64,000 nt of DNA from Chiloscyllium plagiosum (taxonomy: Eukaryota), in NCBI RefSeq assembly GCF_004010195.1, contig NC_057719.1, forward strand, positions 24,994,750-25,058,749, in the 5' to 3' direction. The notes below the pieces were generated by a model. The model searched no databases. It was not told where the DNA came from and was given only the letters and a program-made list of their open reading frames with translations. Every line of letters starts with the position of its first letter. Position 1 is the first letter of the stretch. Positions 38,135 through 51,764 of the stretch are shown piece by piece. Both the position numbers and the translations under genes were made by a program.

Positions 38135-39468
38135 CTGGGCGAAGTATACAAAAGCAAGTTTTAATAAAGCAAGATATCAGACTCTTTCCCACACTCCCAC
38201 CATGATGGAAGTCAACAGGGTACTCAAACACCTCTGGATGGGCTACTTTCCATTCATATTCTTTCTTGTCGATCGAGATAAAATAGCTATAAAAAAAAAC
38301 ATTTGCCTACTCTCCCCATCCCATATTCAATTCCACCCACCAATATTATCAATTCACAACACGCTAAAACACAATGACCCATCCAAATAATACCAGTCTT
38401 CAAGAAATGCATTATCAAGTACATGACAAAATCACAATTTGCTACTTTAGATGCAAAATGTGCTGGAGAATGCAACAGACCTAGTAGCTCCTGGGGAGAG
38501 AGAGTGAAAACAAGAGAGTTTCTTGTTGAGAAGCAAGAGTTCACATTTCAATTCTATTACAACTCTTCTTCAGAACTCAGTTTGGTATTTTGTCATTCCT
38601 CAATGAAAACATCTGGAGCTTTTTTTAATACAGGATTAAATCACAAAAACAAGGATTAAAAATAAACTTTAAAATTGAAATCAGTCAAAGCTAAGCAATC
38701 TTCTTAAGGGGGGATAATCTCCAGCAGGCTATATGCAATATTAGTTTGGCTTTCAATGGACTGAAGCCAATCTAAAACAACATTTGCTTAGAGTTATGGC
38801 GGCTTTCCTCACATCAATCTCTTGGTAAGGAAAGGAGAGGTTTTTTTGTTAATCGCGAAGGTGGTAAATGTTTACTGCTATGATGGGTCGCAGTCAAATT
38901 TATACAATAAATGACAGATTTTGCCTGGTTAGCCACCAACCTCACAGAAGATGAGCAGTTCATGCAGCAAGTTAGTCTGGCTGATGGGCACATTAGACAG
39001 TCAGGCGCTTGGACATTAGCTCATCTACTTGTCCTTGAGGGTTAGGCAGCTGAGACTCTCTTGGACTCATGTGTTCAGAGGAGCTTGGTTTTGAAGAAAG
39101 GTCCTTGCGTTGAAACTTTTAAACTGTTTCTCTCTCCATGGATCTGCTGAGTTCTCTGGAATTGTGTTTATTTTAGTATCAGAGTTACACTGAACCCTAA
39201 CATATTTTACCAGGTTCAGTGAAAACAGATCAAAAAAACCAGACAAGGTAAAAAATATGGCTCCTCTATATTTGTTCTTTTTAAAAGCAGTTAACTTTAC
39301 ATAGCAGTGCTGGGTCTGACAGTGGTTATACGGTCTTAACATCACTGGACAGTGACAGGGTTGACTGCTATGTTTAACCAGCTGCTGATAACTAGCGATT
39401 TTACTAAACTTAGCAGGGCTCAAAACAGATAATATCCTGAACTGAAGCTGAACCAAGATACTTCCTAC

Positions 39469-39574
39469 CTGCCACATGCGTTGCATAGGCCCAAAGAAAT
39501 GAACATCTCTTCATGCAGCTCCGACAGACCATTTCCTGATACTCCTCATTATCTGGCAGAGTGGCACCAAGGTG
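39469..39574 (-). CDS. UBR7: UBR7 exon 6 (end of PHD finger)
   Basis: tttttag|CAC..GCAG|gtagga; 106 nt; HLGATLPDNEEYQEMVCRSCMKRCSFLWAYA. Confidence 0.96.
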
Positions 39575-40956
39575 CTAAAAATCAATCAACAGTCACAAGT
39601 TGATTAGCATTTAATCATTTAAAACTGTGAATATGGTAAGAATAGAAGGTGAACTCAGTCTTATTATGACACACACTTTAACAAAATAATTGCGAGAAGC
39701 TGCTATGAACATGCTTTGGTAACCGATGTCGGAAAGCCAGTTCAATCTGTCTGTCTTAACACTGGTGATTCTGATGCATGTGCCAATGCCAGTCGTGAGT
39801 ACTGATGGGAAACAAAACTCTTTGTGGTAAACAGCAGCTTCAAAATTAAAACCGTTGCAGGATTCATACACCTGATTATATATAGAATATGATCGGTGAT
39901 AAACAGACCACTGCTTAAAATGTTGTTTGAAGCAAATTCAATAGTAACCTTCAAGAATGGAGTTTTAAAGTTTCAAAACAAAAAGGGAACTGGATGCGTA
40001 GTAACGAAAGGGTTGCCATGGTAGGTTAACTAAGTTGTGCATTGAAAGATTTTAAGCACAAAAAGGAGGGCTCCTTGTGTACAGTGGATCCCAAAAGAAC
40101 CTCTAGTTAATTCTGAGAATGACAGCTCAGTTGCACAGAGCACCTGCTACACTACACTTTCAACAAGGAGAAAATAAAATGGGAAATGAGGCATTTTCAC
40201 TAGTTGCAGATTTGTGCGTCCACTAGACAGGATAAGAGATTCAAACAGCAGGTTCTAGGGCCCTCACAATGTTCTAACCATTATTTTCACTTCTAAAGTG
40301 CAGAGATCTCAATTCTGAAACACTGCTCCAAAACGTATCGAGCTGCTTCAACCTGGAAATGATTACAGGGTGATATAAAACAGTTTAAATTAAGAATGGC
40401 CCAGCTGTAAAAACCAAAGGGGACATGACAACTTAAACAAAACTAATTAGACTCATTTAAACATCAATTCAGGACAAAGGATGAACTTTAAAAAGGATTA
40501 CCAGGGTCTCATTCTCCCACTACCATCATTTACAACAGAAACAAGAGCATGCCATCAAGATTGTTCCAATTTTCAGACAGAGATCATGGCGCACCTAAAA
40601 CCTAAATCTGTATACCCGCCTTTACCACATTGCTCAGTTCCTTTGCTCAACAAAAATCTCAGATTTAAAACTAATGATTACTCTCGCATCGATTACCAAT
40701 TGCAGAAATAAATTCCAAATCTCATCCAGTGTGTTAGAAGTCTTCCCCAACTTCACTCCTAAAAAGTTCTTTAGACTATGTTTTCTAAATGCTATCTCCC
40801 ACCTAGCACAAATAAATAGTTCTCTTTGTCAACCCCTTCTGATTTCCTTTAATATCCTGAAAACTTGAATCAAACGATGCGTTATCTTTCCAAATTCAGA
40901 TTATGCAACCCTAGTTTGTGTAATCTCATTGTAATTTAAACCCTGTAGTACCAAGT

Positions 40957-42965
40957 AAAAAAATCACAGCACCACGACATTACAGATTTCTTATAGAAAC
41001 TCAGCACTCATGGACCAGTCGAACCGTGAACATTCTTCCTTACAATGGACATGTCAGCACTCTATACCAGCATCCTCTACAACGACGACATTTTGGCAAC
41101 AGATTCAGTACTCAACACCAACAACTGCCAATCTCTAAGCACCATCCTACAATTCATCTGCTTCGTCCTTGACCACAATGTTTTCACCTTTGACCACAGG
41201 TTCTTCATCATGACCCATGGAATGGCCATGGGGACCAAACTTGCAACCCAATATGCCAACATTTTCATGCACAAGTTCGAACAAGACTTCTTTTCTGCAC
41301 AGGACCTCCAACCAACACTATCCACCAGGTATATTGACGACATTTTCAATATGGCAAGGAGTCACTGAAATAACTACACAATGATATCAACGGGTTTCAT
41401 CCCAGCATCAGACTTAACATGGACTACTCTTTAGTATCTGTCTCATTCTTGGACACATGCATCTCTATCAAGGATGGGCAATCCCACAGATAACCTCACA
41501 ATGTTACACTTCTCCAACTTCCACCCAAAACATATTAAAACAGCTATCCCTTATGGACAAGCCCTACACATTCACAGGATCTGTTTAGATGAGGAGGAAC
41601 GTGACTGGCACTTGATGGCTCAAGGATGCCCTCAAAAGAACAGGTATGATGCCCAACCAATCAACTGACAGTTCCGACATGCCACAGCAAGAAGCCATAA
41701 TGACCTCCTGGTTGGACAGACACAGTACCCTTCCTTGTCCAGTACTTGGTGAGTCAGAGTACGTCGCCAAGACCTTCCCCCATGCCTCCACTTCTTGTTT
41801 TTGAACAACCAAACCTTAAACAGATCGTTGTTCACAGCAAACTGCCCATCCTTCAGGACAACATCGACCACAACACTGTACAACCCTGTCACAGCTGATG
41901 CTGCAAGACGTGTCAGAGTGTCGACACGGATACCACCATTACGCATGGGAACACTACCCACCATGTACGGGGCAGGTACTCATGCGACTCGGCCTATTTT
42001 GTCTATCTTATACATTGCAGGCAAGGACACCCTGAGGCATAGTACATCGGCGAGACCAAACAGACACTATGACAACGGATGAATGGACACTACGCAACAA
42101 TCACCAGGCAGGACTGTTCCTTCCAGTCGGGGAACACTTCAGCGGTCCAGGCCATTTGGCCTCAGACCTTTGGGTGATCATCCTCCGAGGCGGACTTCGG
42201 GATAAGCAACAATGCAAAGTGGCCGAGCAGAAGCTGACAGCAAAGTTCGATAACCATGGGAATGGTCTCAACTATGCCCTGGGTTCATGTCGTACTACAG
42301 GTGACTCCATTGCACTATACACACACTCTCACACAAAAACGGCTACATATTCTCACACCCACGCAGACACACACACACAACCCCTCCCACATATGCGTAT
42401 ACCCCATCACACTCACACTTAACCAAGCCTAAATATACTCGCACACACTCACTGTCTCTTCGACACACACACACAAGTTTATGGGGTGAATTTGGTTTTG
42501 CAGAATTACATTTTATTTCGCTCAAAAACTGCATGAATCCATGTAAAACTCTAAATCCCACTTTAGACGTAGAACCAGTCTAACTCAACATTGGAACACA
42601 GACCCCACAACTTAATGCATTGTCAGAGTGGAGATGGTATCTATTGTTTGAAAAGCTAGACCTTTCTTGAGAATGTAAGTTAAAGGAAGTTCTGGGATCT
42701 ACAGATCAAAGAACAGAAACCAACACATCCCATTCTAAAAGATGAAAGACTTGATCTAAAGTTGTTTAATGTATCAGCACATCTCTATGACACTGTACTC
42801 ATTTGGCTATAAATTCTGTGCCTCATGATCTTATTTTTCACAACCACCTGGAGGAAGGAGCAGCGCTTTGAAAGCTAGTGTTTCCAAATAAACCTGTTGG
42901 ACTACAACCTGGTGTTGTGTGATTTTTAAACTTTGTCCACCTCAGTCCAACACCGGCACCTCCAA
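40957..42965 (+). mobile_element. Penelope-like retroelement relic (RT + GIY-YIG endonuclease + pLTR), 5'-truncated, inactivated
   Basis: RT motifs MDMSALYTSI, HGMAMGT, RYIDDIF; thumb LHFSNFHPKHIKTAIPYGQA; Cys-rich C..CCKTC..C linker; VYLIHC..YIGETKQTL*QRMNGH; stops and frameshifts; 3' pLTR with degenerate HHR at 42844-42880. Confidence 0.9.
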
Positions 42966-43383
42966 GTCTTGTAATCCAAATCTTGTAAATCAATATTGCA
43001 TTCTCTCCAAAACCAATATATTCTACCCAAAGTTCTGATATCTGGAACTGCTGACAGTACTCACTCTCTTACAATTATATTCTTATAAACCACTTCAATA
43101 CTCTTTAATTGTTCGGTTCATGGCATTTTTAAATGATTCATGTGCAGGTCTCTGAAACTCCTTTATTTCTAGCTTTCCATCATTTAAAAAAAAAACTAAT
43201 TTTGTCCTTTTTGGGTGCAAAATGGCTGACTTCACATTTGCCTGTACTAAACGCTATTTCTCACAGCTTTCCACATTCACATAACTATTCGTATCTCTTT
43301 GCAAATTCGAATATCTATTATCCAGAACTCCATCCCCTGACACTTATCCTATTTTCTAACCAAATCAATAATTTGCCTTCAAC

Positions 43384-43570
43384 TTATTTGGAAACACTGG
43401 CTTTCAAAGCGCTGCTCCTTCCTCAGGTGGTTGTGGAGAATAAGATCATAAGGCACAGAATTTATAGCCAAATGAATAGTTTCATGAAGAGGTGATGATA
43501 CATTAAGCAATTTTAGATCAAGTCTTTCATCATTTAGAAAGGGATATGTTGGTTTCTGTTCTTTGAAATG
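43384..43570 (-). mobile_element. Inverted copy of the family D pLTR
   Basis: Reverse complement of ~42700-42892. Confidence 0.8.
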
Positions 43571-44859
43571 CCTTCAAAAAAGTACATTTTAAATAAACAT
43601 GCAGAGACAACACCCTAGTCCACTACTTTAGTCACATCTTTAGAAGTTCAATTCGTCAGGCAAATTCATACTGGCTCTCTCCCTCTGACTAGCTGCAAGC
43701 TTTCAGTGTTCAGCAAATCTATTTTTAATTACTGTTCAGTAACTTTCAACAGATGTTAGGCCAGTTAGTGTATAAATGTCTGGTTTCAGTCTGCAATTTA
43801 TCTGAAATACGGAATGTAAAAAATCAATTTAGAATCAATGATACTTTTGAAAATTACAGTTTCAGCATCAGCAATGCTCTCATCTAATTCTTTGAAATCT
43901 TAGCATTGAAACTATCTGATCTTGGGAAATTTGAGCTCTTTCATGCCCCAATTTGATTGTTGTTCTGTTGCTGATGTTAATTTTGCTGAGCTTTTGCCCT
44001 TGATCCAATGTTTTGGCAGTGTGACCTCTTTCGTGTAAAATTGATGCAACATAATTATCAAAATGCCTGCCAATTCCCAATTTTTATTGAAAATGACATC
44101 ATTATCCGTTTAAGCCGCCCACATTATCCTGACCACTATTTCCGAATACGAAAATGTAAACAGGTTTGCATTGATGGCCAAAAAATAACTTGATAAGTAA
44201 TTGATTTATTGGAGTTTGAGTAAATTAATCCATTTGCCTACGTAGTCAGTTTTGCTTGAATAAAAATCAAAAAGAGTTTTACTAAATATTTAATGATTCT
44301 TCAATGAAAAAGAATGGCCTTCCACCCATAAACTTCTCTACTCATATTCATTGTTTTCATACACAGCCAATGGCTATTACTGATCCAACTGCCAATAAAA
44401 CCACCTTGTTAATCAAGTGGTTTTAAAGCACTATTAAAGCTTTCCAAAAGGGTAAACTGTTAGAAAGTTAAGTCTTACAAAACAAGTCAAGTTCCAAAAG
44501 GACAGATTGAGCCCACAGATTTAAGCAGTCCAATTAGTTCAACAGTTAAGCTCAACACAAAATGTGCAGTTTGGCACAATAAAATATCTATAAAAAGAGA
44601 GTGTGACCTAACATAAAACAGAGTTACACAGAATTTACAGCACAAATGGATCTTTGTACTGATGTTTATGCTGTGCATGATGCTCCTCTCACCCTACTTA
44701 CAATACTGATGAGTGTGTGTATAAGGAATAAATAGATCCATGCTGTTTATCTTGATTTTGTCATGTCTCACAGACTAACAGCAATGTGTTAACATTGCCT
44801 GAAAAAAAAGAGGCATTTTCATCTCATCCTTTTGAGTAATTGGACCACCTTACTCTGTT

Positions 44860-45024
44860 CTGGATTAGTGGTGCTGGAAAAGCACAGCAGCTCAGGCAGC
44901 ATCCGAGGAGCAGTAAAATCGACGTTTTGAGCAAAAGCTCCTCGGATGCTGCCTGAACTGCTGTGCTTTTCCAGCACCACTAATCCAGAATCTGGTTTCC
45001 AGCATCTGCAGTCATTGTTTTTAC
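44860..45024. mobile_element. Family A-related inverted-arm mini-element with 15-bp TSD
   Basis: CCACCTTACTCTGTT at 44845-44859 and 45025-45039; near-perfect inverted arms; 34-nt tail 44991-45024. Confidence 0.88.
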
Positions 45025-45319
45025 CCACCTTACTCTGTTGTCCTTCCTTAATTCCATCCTTACATACTCCAACACAGCCAGGCCACGTTTAGCAATAACA
45101 TTCCTTTCCACCACTTCATTACATCCAAAGTCACAAAAGAGTCTGTCCCTCATTTACTGCCCCTGTCCTGACATTATCTTGGAGTAAGCTTCTACATGCC
45201 TGCTGCTGATACCCAAATGTTTAGCCGCCCACTGCCACTGTATTGTTAGACTGTGTCTAGGCTTCAATAAGGCAGTTTATTATCAGCCATGGTATCACTC
45301 CTTCATTTTTACCAAGGGA

Positions 45320-45630
45320 TCAAATTTCACACCAGAGTCAAAAAAAAAGTCGAAACTACCACTCCAATGTAGTACTGAAGTACCATCTTTTGGTAAAGAC
45401 ATTAAGTCAGGGGCCTGTCTCAGAATATTCTACAGCACCACACCATGAGGACAGGGAATTAAACCTCGAGTCCTGTACACATTTATCTCACAATCAAAAT
45501 CACCAAGCAAAACAGAGAATGCCGTCATTATCACATCGCCATTTGTGGATACTTACTTGCAAATTCGTTGTTGTATTTCTTACAAAAGATTAAACTTCAA
45601 AAAGCACTTACTGGCTGCGAAGTGTGGATG
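45320..45630 (+). mobile_element. Deu-domain SINE remnant
   Basis: Similar to 18560-18897 (TGCAAATT..CTTCAAAAAGCACTTACTGGCTG). Confidence 0.5.
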
Positions 45631-46539
45631 CAAATGGAATGCATTAATAACAAAATGTGAAAAATTGGGATTTTGGTGAAAGTGGAAATTCTGATAATTT
45701 TTATTTCAATGCAGAATTTAAAAAATTGGTAAAAATGAATGAAGTGGGTAAATGGAAACTGCCTGTTGGTTTCAGTTAACCACCAATAAACAGTAACGAC
45801 CCTCTAAATAGAAGCCAATTACTGTCAGCAAGGAACAGTGTGTTTGCAACTTGCGTCAGGTCTTGCAGCAAAGTGGTAGTGTCCTTACCTCTGAGCCAGG
45901 AGGCCTAGTTTTAAGTCCTACTTTCACCAAGGGCATTATAACAACATATGTGAACTGGATGATTAGAAAATAATCAGGAAACAGTATTTGCAACTTATAT
46001 TGGGTCATGGTACAATGGTGGCATCCTGAACTCTGACCTTCGGGCCCACAGGTAAAGTCCCATTTGATCTAGACATGTCTTAACAAGTGGAGTAAAATCA
46101 CTCAAGCACACACACTACAGGTGTAAGGGTAGTCACAAATGGGTAAATCATAAACTTAGAAGAATGGAAAAAATGGAATTTTGAGAGAGTGAGAATGCTG
46201 CTTTTTGCCTCCAATTCTTTTGGTGGCTCATTTAAGTTTCAATCAATACATTATTATTTACTGATTTAATGCTAAAGGCCAGTGAGGGCAAGAAAAGGAA
46301 AACTGAAATCGGAAACTAAGAAAAACATAAATAATCAAGACTAAGACAGGACAGAGTGTCTGACTGCAGAATATTAAGAGTTTGCGATTGCTGGGACTAT
46401 CCTGAACAAATCCACATGCAGATTGGTCTTGAATCTCTGGTATTTATAGCCATTGAGCTAGGAGTGCGATTTAAAGATATACTGTCATAGAAAGGCAAGC
46501 AGAGCAGCATCTGGACAGTTTGCTCCAGGGTTTGGTCTC

Positions 46540-47150
46540 ATCTTAGAATAAGACAAGGATAATGTGACTGATCATGTACACAGCACAGGGAACCCAAGGT
46601 GAGCTGGAAAACTAGGACCGCAGAAAGTACTATAGTCAGATCAGATACCCTCTTGCTCCAAAGTGCCATGATCTAGCTGAAAGAAAGAGAGGAGGGAAAA
46701 ATGTAAGGAGTAAATATATTGAGGATGCACCACATCCTTTGTCACCAGGATTGGCAGTCCCACATGATACATTGCCTATCCCAGGGTGAGTGACATCTCT
46801 AATTGCTTAAAAACAGCATATCAGAGAGAGGATCTCTGTATTGGGACCAACACCATATGACAAGGCTAAAGAGGTCCAGTTAGAGTGCACCAGACACACA
46901 AAAGCTAAATTTAAAAGAAGAGGACAGAACTTGAATTGACCTACATCCAAATTATTACTGGAGTTGAACGCAAACTAGCGCAGTGTTAAGTACATGAAGA
47001 AGGGGAACATGTGACTGAGGGAGTGCTATAAGAAAGACAAATTCAATTTCATGGGACAGCGGTAGACATAGGAAAATGTGCAACAAAGATAACCTCCGCC
47101 AGAACTGTGCTATCCCAGAGAAAAATAGGATTTTAAAAGAGCAGTCAGAA
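46540..47150 (+). mobile_element. CR1 ORF1 (esterase-like) remnant
   Basis: SHMIHCL..RVSDIS, IGTN and FNFMG remnants. Confidence 0.45.
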
Positions 47151-47934
47151 TGTCTTCCAAAACCTAAAATGAAATGGGTGTGGTGGTCAGTGTGAAGAAA
47201 TTGATATAAATAATAGTTTTAAAACTAAACAAAAAAGGAATAGAGTGGACTAATAGTCCAGTATATTAAACACAAGATGTTGAGGTAAAAAGAAATAAAA
47301 GGTTATGGAGCAGTTATACCAAGAGAGCTAAGTGACAGTGTAAACATTTCAACCGAAGGAACAGAAGAAACTGGAGCAGGAGTTGGCCTATCGTCCCATC
47401 AAGCTTGTCCTCTATTTAATCAAATAATGGCTGATCTGCACCAGGCCTCAAGTCCTGATTCAGTCCAACTCCTCATGGCCCTCAACTCCCGATCTATCTC
47501 TCTCTCTCTCTCTCTCTCTTCCCCCCCCCCCCCCCCATTACTTTGCCATTTAACTACTTGCTGTAGCTGCATGCTATCCTTCATGTTTCATGCACAAGAA
47601 CACATAGATCCTTCTGTTCTGTGCGGTACAGCTTTGGAGTATCTCACTCTCTAAATAATAATCTGACTTACGATCCTTCCTACAAAAGTACAAGCTCCAA
47701 CAACCCAGTTTTTTGACCATTCACTTATCAATATCTCCTTGCAATTCCTTTTGTCCACATAACATGCCCTCCCACCTATTTTTAGTCAGACCCTTCCTCC
47801 AAGTCAGTAATAGTAAATAATTGAGTCCCCTGGACAGATCCATATGGCACTTTATTAATTAAGTCTATCCATCCTCAAAGAGACCCATTAATTCAAGCTG
47901 TCTCTAGCTAATATACGTTAAATGACTAGACTGC

Positions 47935-48270
47935 TATACCAGACGACAAGCAACATGAATTTGACTGGGACAACACTACCATTATAGGGCAAGCCAAACA
48001 AAGAACAGCCAGGGAATTCCTAGAAGCATGGTACTCTTCCACAAACTCCATCAACAAACACATCGACCTGGACCCAATATACCGGCCACTACAGCGGACA
48101 GCTGAAACTGACAACCGGAAGCGGCAGGTACAGGCCACTATAAATGCCGGAGGAAACACTACTGAAGCGCTTCACAGGAGGCTCCCAAGCACTGATGATG
48201 TCACCGAGACAGGGGACGAAACGTTTCCAACAAAAACTTCCAGTTCGGCGAACAGAACCACAGCAACAAT
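47935..48270 (+). mobile_element. PLE 3' end (endonuclease C-terminus + pLTR with HHR remnant)
   Basis: DDKQHEFDWDNTTIIGQAKQRTAREFLEAWYSSTNSINKHIDLDPIYRPL; CTGATGA at 48192-48198 ... GGGGAC-GAAAC-GTT. Confidence 0.85.
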
Positions 48271-48644
48271 TCTAATTGTTTGATAGGGAAGTTTTTCATA
48301 TTGGAAGTCAATATCTACTGTATATTGAAAAAGAGGGAATGCAATTATTTTACAAAGATTAAACTGTACTAATACCCCAAAGTACCACTAGATAATATCT
48401 TGGGACCAACACTGCCCTAATATCAATATTCTACCGCCAGCAGGCTACTTTTCAGAAATTACTAGATTTATACATAATCAACTGCTAAAGCTCATGTAAG
48501 GTCACTAAATACTAACAAATAGTGTCATTAATAACATCCAGGCTGTTTATAGCCTATAAATTTGAACAAACTCCAAGTCTCTAAGCAGCAAAATAAATTC
48601 ATCTGAACATTAACATATTCCCTAATTCCAAAATTAACCAATAA

Positions 48645-48980
48645 TAGAGTCATAGGGATATACAGCGTGGAAACAGACCCTTCAGTCTAACTCAATCAGA
48701 TATCCCAACCCAATCCAGTCCCATTTGCCAGCACTTGGCCCATATCTCTCTAAACCTTTCCTCTTCATATACCCATCCAGATGCCTTTTAAATGCTGTAA
48801 TTGTACCAGCCTCCAGCACTTCCTCTGGCAGCTCATTCCATATACGCATCACCCTCTCAGTGTGAAAAAGTCACCTCTTTAGGTCCCTTTTATATCTTTC
48901 CCCTTTCATCCTAAACCTTTGCCTTCTAGTTCTGGTCTCCCCCACCTCAGGGAAAAAGACCTTATCTATTTATCCTATCT
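48645..48980 (-). mobile_element. CR1 3' end
   Basis: Reverse complement of the 24420/61702 family. Confidence 0.85.
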
Positions 48981-50258
48981 ATTTTCTAGTCATTCCATTA
49001 ACTTGAATACCTGCCCTGTGCCAAAGAAGGAAACAGTATGTACATGGGTGTGTGGGTGTGTGTAAGTAATGCATATGCCCTGCAGTGTCAAAAAGTAGAT
49101 AATAACAGAAATCATATCTTTGGACTGTGACAAAATTGAAAAAAGAAATAGGAGGGAAGAGATTCCATAAAAATTACACCCATTTTAACAGAACTCACCC
49201 AGTGAAAAATGCAGAAATGGGACTAATACTTATTACCCAGTTTGCACTCCCATTGCAGCCTACATGCTGCAGAAATTGTTCACTAACAGTGAAACGGATC
49301 TGTGCATGTGTTCTGGGGGAGGACTGGGGATGCAGAAGACAACATGTCAGCAACCAGCTGCATACCCCATTCCACTTTAAACAATTACCTCGCCACTCCC
49401 TTTAACTCTACGATGTGAATCGCAGGGATGCAAATGGAATCCAATGAGATGTCAGGGGAGCCAGTGCCCCCCAGAATCTTAGCATTTAGGGAGAGGCAGC
49501 TCCACAGGGACCTGAAAGTACCTCCCCCTCCCACAAACATCTCCACAAAAAAAAAAAAACCCTGGGGTTCAGCAACACATTGTGAACATCACCAATAATT
49601 AGAAGTCTCCACTCTCTGCTCCACACACCCACAATGACACAAACATAGATAGCCCCCTCAATGATGACCTTTTCCACCGCCAATGGAGGCAGCTTGGAGT
49701 TGGAGGGGGGAGCTGTCTGACACCAGGAAACCCCTGGGCTCGCTCTCCTGGGCCAGCAGGGCCTCCTTTACCTGAACTTTCTCCATTGCTCTTTTTTTCC
49801 AGCCACAGTGCTCGGGTTCAGCCACAGACCTTTGCTAACATACCTGCTACCACCACCTCCACTGGCAGTGTGTTCCAGGCACCCACCACTCTCTGAGAAA
49901 CATTTTCCCTGCATTTCTCCCTAAAACTTACCCTCTCTCACCTTGAACCTGTGCCGTTAGGTTGATTGCTTTCTCTTTTCTCCCTTGAGCTCAGTTAACA
50001 ATAACAGGATAGCTATCTTTTAAGAATATGCATTTTCAAAGCTAACTTGAACTGTTCATATTTTGAACCACCAAAGCATTTTACTTTCTCCATGAAGAGC
50101 TGATGGAATATGGAATGTTTTGTCACAAGTTATGGTTAAAATATAGAAATTATTACATTTTTAAAAAGGAAACGTGGATAAACGTTAGAAGCTGATGATA
50201 CAAGGTGACAGGGAATAGGTCAGTAGAATTGCTTTTGGGACAAAAAGCGACGAGCTAT

Positions 50259-50910
50259 TAGCAAGTTGAGGAGATTTGTAGCTCAGGTTGAGGTACTGGA
50301 TGTAGGTTTGCTCACTGAGCTGGAAGGTTCATTGTCAGACGTTTTGTCACCAAACTAGGTAACATCTTCAGTGAGCCTCCGGACAAAGCACTGCTGATGA
50401 TTCCTGCTTTCTATTTATTTGTTTGGGTTTCTTTAGATTGGTGATGTCATTTCCTATGGTGATGTCATTTCCTGTTCTTTTTCTCAGGGGGTAGTAAATG
50501 GGGTCCAACTCAACGGTGTTTGTTGATAGAGTTCTGGTTGGATTGCCATGCTTCTAGGAATTCTTACAGATAAGGAAGGACACCACTTCGACTGGGACAA
50601 CACATCCATCCTAGGACAAGCCAAATAGAGACACACACACAAGAATTCCTAAAGCATGGCATTCCAACCAGAACTCTATCAACAAACACATTGAGTTGGA
50701 TCCCATTTATCACCCCGCCGAGAAAAAGAACAGGAAATGACATCACCGTAGGAAATGACATCACCAACCCAAATAAACCCAAACATAAATAGAAAGCAGG
50801 AATCATCAGCAATTCTTCGTTTGGAGGCTCACTGAAGATGTTACCTAGTATGGTGACAAAACGTCTGAAACTGAACCTTCCAACTCAGCGAACAAACCTA
50901 CACCCAGAAC
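50259..50910. mobile_element. Family E PLE: long inverted pLTR pair
   Basis: 50303-50565 is the near reverse complement of 50641-50900; HHR remnants at 50335-50374 (-) and 50829-50868 (+). Confidence 0.88.
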
Positions 50911-51206
50911 AATGAGCTAAGTTCTACAAATCTCACGGTTTCCAAAACAATAGATTATTAGGAACTTTAAAATTAAAAAAGGGCAAGTCCATCATAAACA
51001 TGTATGTTGAGATCCAAATAGACCATTATTGCAGGACCATATTAATAATAAAAAAAACCTACTTTCTCAAATTTTGAAACCAGTTAGAAGATTCACCCCC
51101 TTTGGGAACCATATGTATTATATGCCAAAGACTAATTTAAGGTATAATGAACCATATTAGTTATAATGGACTTCCATTGTATATAATTTGTGAACAGTTT
51201 TCTTAC

Positions 51207-51260
51207 CCTTCCATGAAACCAGTCTTCACACACGACACACTGAATCATTTCATCGGGGGT
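51207..51260 (-). CDS. UBR7: UBR7 exon 5 (PHD finger)
   Basis: tctctag|ACC..AGG|gtaaga; 54 nt; TPDEMIQCVVCEDWFHGR. Confidence 0.97.
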
Positions 51261-51355
51261 CTAGAGAAATAAGGACACAGTCTCCATAAGATACTGAGCT
51301 TGCCTTATTACCAAAACTATGCAGCACTACTAAGGCCAGTATCTGAATATCTTAC

Positions 51356-51451
51356 CTCATCCTCAGGATCTGGGTAAGGCCTCTTGCAGACACAGTACAG
51401 TCCAAAGAAATTATCATTATATTTATTGCCATAGTTTGCTTTCTCTTTTTC
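51356..51451 (-). CDS. UBR7: UBR7 exon 4
   Basis: aaacag|GAA..GAG|gtaaga; 96 nt; EKEKANYGNKYNDNFFGLYCVCKRPYPDPEDE. Confidence 0.97.
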
Positions 51452-51610
51452 CTGTTTAAAACAAAAAGCCACAGAAAATCAGATGCTGACATAACCACAG
51501 GCAGTAAACTGAACTCCCATTCCATTAACATAAAAGTCAAACACATTTTTTGTATCTCAAATGACATTTTCTGATGGGTATCACGCTCACTGTGATACTA
51601 AATAAAAGGA

Positions 51611-51764
51611 GAAAGTGAGGTCTGCAGATGCTGGAAATCAGAGCTGAAAATGTGTTTCCTGAAACTGAGGTTTCCTGAAGAAGGGCTTATGCCCGAAACG
51701 TCGATTCTCCTGTTCCCTGGATGCTGCCTGACCTGCTGCGCTTTTCCAGCAACACATTTTCAGC
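51611..51764. mobile_element. Family A inverted-arm mini-element with intact HHR core on +
   Basis: TSD TACTAAATAAAAGGA at 51596-51610 and 51765-51779; CTGAAGA(51675)-A-GGGC-ttat-GCCC-GAAAC-GTC; stem I only ~2 bp. Confidence 0.88.

Noticed and set aside
39611..39871. 86-aa minus-strand ORF as an alternative UBR7 exon
   Set aside because: Weak acceptor, no convincing donor; exons 5 and 6 already join to complete the PHD finger.
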